Part shown: positions 60,753 through 64,000 of the stretch, piece by piece
Layout of the letters: every line of letters starts with the position of its first letter
Numbering within the stretch: position 1 is the stretch's first letter
Assembly: GCF_006345805.1 (NCBI RefSeq)
Contig: NC_043003.1
Span: 30,752,001-30,816,000, forward strand
Source: Octopus sinensis
Lineage: Eukaryota
Direction: 5' to 3'
DNA: 64,000 nt
The notes under the pieces: model-generated
What the model was told of the DNA's origin: nothing
The model's database searches: none
What the model saw: the letters and a program-made list of their open reading frames with translations, nothing else
Made by a program: the position numbers and the translations under genes

Positions 60753-60775
60753 CACACACACACACACACACACAT

Positions 60776-61058
60776 GGAGGCGCAATGGCCCAGTGGTTAG
60801 GGCAGTGGACTCGTGGTTTCAATTCGCAGACCCGGCGTTGTGTGTTTGTTGAGCGTAAACACCTAAAGCTCCACGAGGCTCAGGCAGGGGGTGGTAGTGA
60901 CCCCTCTTGTACTCTTTCGCCCCAACTTTCTCTCACTCTTTCTTGGGTAACGCTGCGATGGACTGGCGTCCTGTCCAGCTGGGGGGAACACATACGCCAC
61001 AGAAACTGGGAAATCAAGCCCATGAGCCTGGCTAGGCTTGAAAAGGGCGCATAAATAA
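60776..61058 (+). mobile_element. tRNA-derived SINE with Meta/V-like domain
   Basis: Head ggaggcgcaatggcccagtggttagggcag, domain gctgcgatggactggcgtcctgtccag and tail gggcgcataaataaaa. Confidence 0.8.
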
Positions 61059-62439
61059 AAAATAATACACACACACACACATATATACACAACTAAAATC
61101 CTTTAGGGCGGTGCCCATGACTGAAGCAAATATTGGTCTATTTGGTCAACCGAGACTACAGTTAGAAGTGCACTCTGCTGTGGGATCAAATCCGAGGCAG
61201 TGATTTTGGACTATCCACCATTCAGCTTACCTCCTGGTAAAAACTTATGCCTTTACACCAAAACCATTTGGGTTACAAAGTGAGTTGTCAAATTTTGCAA
61301 CTGTATTAAACTTTAGGAGCAGTCCTTGAATCTATTTCTCTACTCTACTTTTTTCAGTCACTAGTATGATTTCGTTTGGCCACCGGAGAATTGCATTTTT
61401 TCTTTTAGGTGGTAATGTGGCAGAATTTTGGCTCTCAATGAAAACGTACAGTTTGTGGTGATACTTGAATTAGATATTTTTTCTTTTTAGATTTTCTTCT
61501 TTTAATAATTTGGCTTGCGAAACAAAAACAAAAGAATGAAAATGAATCGAAATAACAAGAAACTGTAACCGATCTGAAATGATTACTTCCCATAGTTAAC
61601 TGTTGCAGTAAATTGAATTTAAATCAACAACACGCGCACGCGCACACAGAGCTAACTTTGAAATATAACCTGTACAATGCAAATAGCCTTTTGTATAGAT
61701 TGAATGTGTTAAAAATGCTTAAAATGTAGCACCACCTGCTACAAACTATCAAACCTGTGCAAGAAACAAGGAAGCTCTTCTGTGGTGGCTTGACTTGTTA
61801 GAAATAGCCAAATTTACCTACTGCTTCAAAACTAGACATTGATAGCATAACCATAGGTGTATATCCTGAAAGAAGAAAAAGAAAAAAGACATGATGTTTA
61901 AGGTTGGAATATCTTCAGATCTGTTCATTCAGAGTGCACTGGGGTTATACAAAAACGATGGAGCTTTTAGAAGCTAACGAGGGAAACATGTGAAGTAACT
62001 TGACCTGATCTCAACAATAAACATCGACATCAACAATAAACACCTGATCCTGCTCATGGTCTTTCCACCTGCTAGAAATAGCAGCAAAATCTTCTTGAAA
62101 TAATGGATTCACATTGTTTCGGGGGAGGGAGTAAGTCGATTACATCGACCCCAGTGCTTGACTAGCATTTATTTTATCAACTCCGAAAGTTTGAACTGAG
62201 AACGTAAAGACGGACGAAATGCCGCTAAGCATTTTGTCTAGTATGCTAACAACTCTGCCAGCTTGCCGCCTTAGTCATCCTTTACTATTTTAAAAAGAAG
62301 AAAGACACAATATGTCTTGTACTCCTAGATACACTGTCTGAATAATGTATGATTTGGTCATACCTGGAACACCTGTTCTGGTTCGGTCTGTTTTGTGTTT
62401 GCTTTTGGTAGAAATTGTCACTGTAAAGGTCTTATCTTT

Positions 62440-62453
62440 GTTGCCATGGTAAC
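62440..62453. promoter_or_regulatory. Candidate RFX X-box
   Basis: GTTGCCATGGTAAC lies within a 22-bp palindrome with one mismatch, CTTTGTTGCCATGGTAACAAAG (62436-62457). Confidence 0.35.
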
Positions 62454-62703
62454 AAAGTAGTGGTAAAAGGATTGGTGAGGGTCATAATGCAAATGCTCCT
62501 TTTTGGCCCTTTCTCATAGCTGATTCAGAGAGGGAGAGAGAGAGAGAAAACTGATTTCAAGATTTGCCTGGGTTCCATTGCTTTTTTTTGATATTCCAAA
62601 TGTAGAGGCATTCTATATATCTGGTTGTTTTTAATGGTTTTGGTTCGTGATTGCTTGCACATTGATGGCTTAAGTATGTGGATATATATCTACTGTGTGT
62701 GTA

Positions 62704-63520
62704 CAGACATCCATCTCCTGTGCTACAGGGGTAATGTGTTCCTGAAAATCTTTTCGTTATATGAAATTAATTTGCCCATTGATTTTCATGTTATAAAGTG
62801 ATAATGTATTCTGATAGATTTTTCAAAAATCAACGACAAACAAATTACATGAACATTCTTATGTGTAAAAGTAAGCTTCTAAACCTACACAATACAATAT
62901 GTATATATGAAAACATTTGAAGAGAAATATGTTAGGAAATATGTCACAATATTTGTAATAGGGTATGTTCCTACAACAAAAACTGTTGACTACTGTGTCA
63001 GGGATGGTGGTGGTGGTGTTGAAATGAGTGATGCTATCTTCTATTTTATAATATAATTCACCATCCCTATCTTGGGAGGCAAAGAACTTATTGAAAATTG
63101 TTTGATGTTTATGGCACATCATCTTTGTACTGCTCAGTGTAGAAACTGAGCTCATTGTAATTTCCTCTTGTAATTCTTATGTTCACTATTAAGATTGTTA
63201 TCAGCAAAAACTTGCTATCCTTCCTTTATATGTATTGACATTTTAGCAATATTGTTTGTAGTTCATTTATGTGAAGATTTTGGAATTTCTGTATTCTCAG
63301 CTTGCTTTTGTTCTAACAGCATCAGTTTCTTGTTAGATACACTATGTAGGACACTAACAATTCAACCACATAATCTTCTATGACATATCCAAACCTTTCA
63401 TTATTTGCAAGTGTCACATCTTTCCAAATTTGATGTAGATGTTCATCTTGTGGAAAAGTTGGAAAATCATGGATACAGTTTGGCCATATATTTTTTTGAA
63501 GCATCTTTCAAACTTGAGGG
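62704..63520 (-). mobile_element. Tigger/pogo-like transposon 3' remnant
   Basis: KNIWPNCIHDFPTF...VTLANNERFGYVIEDYVVELLVSY...LT resembles pogo-family C-termini. A TA-CAG terminus lies at 62702-62706. Confidence 0.6.
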
Positions 63521-63529
63521 TTTAACTTC

Positions 63530-63702
63530 CTGTTATGATTCAGACAGAATTTTATTGAGGCAGATTCCCCTCTGAGATTCACACACTTATTGCAGCAGTC
63601 CTTCAGACTTTCTAAACCCTGTAAAAAAACTCAGAAGGTTGGGCCTCCAGCCAGACTTTCACAAAACCCTTAATGCCAGGAATTTTTCAGCACCCCCCTT
63701 GT
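63530..63702 (-). mobile_element. Mariner-derived MITE fragment
   Basis: TA-CAAGGGGGGTGCTGAAAAATTCCTGGC end joined to a transposase C-terminus-like segment (KD.CNKCVNLRGES). Confidence 0.6.
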
Positions 63703-64000
63703 ATATGTATATGTGTGTGTAATTGTGTGTTTGTGTGAATACTTGTTTTGTCATCGCTTCATGGTTGTAAACAAACTGCGTCATCATAAAAGTCATCGTT
63801 TCAGTCTTCTATGGAAAATGTTGTCTTGCCTAGGTACAAATGAGGATTGGTGACAGGTAGCGTTCTGACCATAGAAAATCTGTCTCAACAAAATTCTGTC
63901 TGACACATACAAGCATGAAAAAGCAGACATTAAAGATAACTGTGATCATCATTTTTACAAAGAAGCCATTCTATATAGTTGGTCAATGAGCTAGAAATAG

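Noticed and set aside
61226-61280. Minus-strand ...CCAGGAG|gtaag resembling the end of SMIM20 exon 2
   Set aside because: It lies upstream of exon 1 in transcription order, and that frame has a stop shortly before.

Overview
AT-rich, gene-poor eukaryotic genomic DNA, most likely from an octopus (coleoid cephalopod). This assignment rests on the tRNA-derived SINE families and the dense (TA)n/(CA)n/(TATG)n/(AAT)n microsatellites; it is an inference. Only one host coding exon is recognisable: exon 1 of SMIM20 (MITRAC7/phoenixin precursor, minus strand, 10059-9945), next to a TE-poor promoter island with tandem ETS sites. The rest is TE fossils. These include a near-complete DD34D mariner, Tc1, Tigger, a Helitron helicase, RTE, CR1 and L1/Tx1 LINE fragments, three SINE groups, and piggyBac-like and Merlin-like MITEs. 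The main structural results are: (1) several young fold-back (inverted-duplication) structures, including a perfect 423-bp inverted repeat whose arms each carry a minimal hammerhead-ribozyme motif with a compensatory U3-A8 core pair; (2) a 1.8-kb composite Helitron inserted exactly at an A^T site inside a MITE whose empty-site copies are in the same window; (3) a Merlin-type MITE family with three different perfect 8-bp TSDs; (4) a 3' tail shared by a SINE subfamily and an L1/Tx1 LINE. Almost all ORFs in the supplied track are microsatellite or TE artefacts. Family names come from motif recognition, not database searches.
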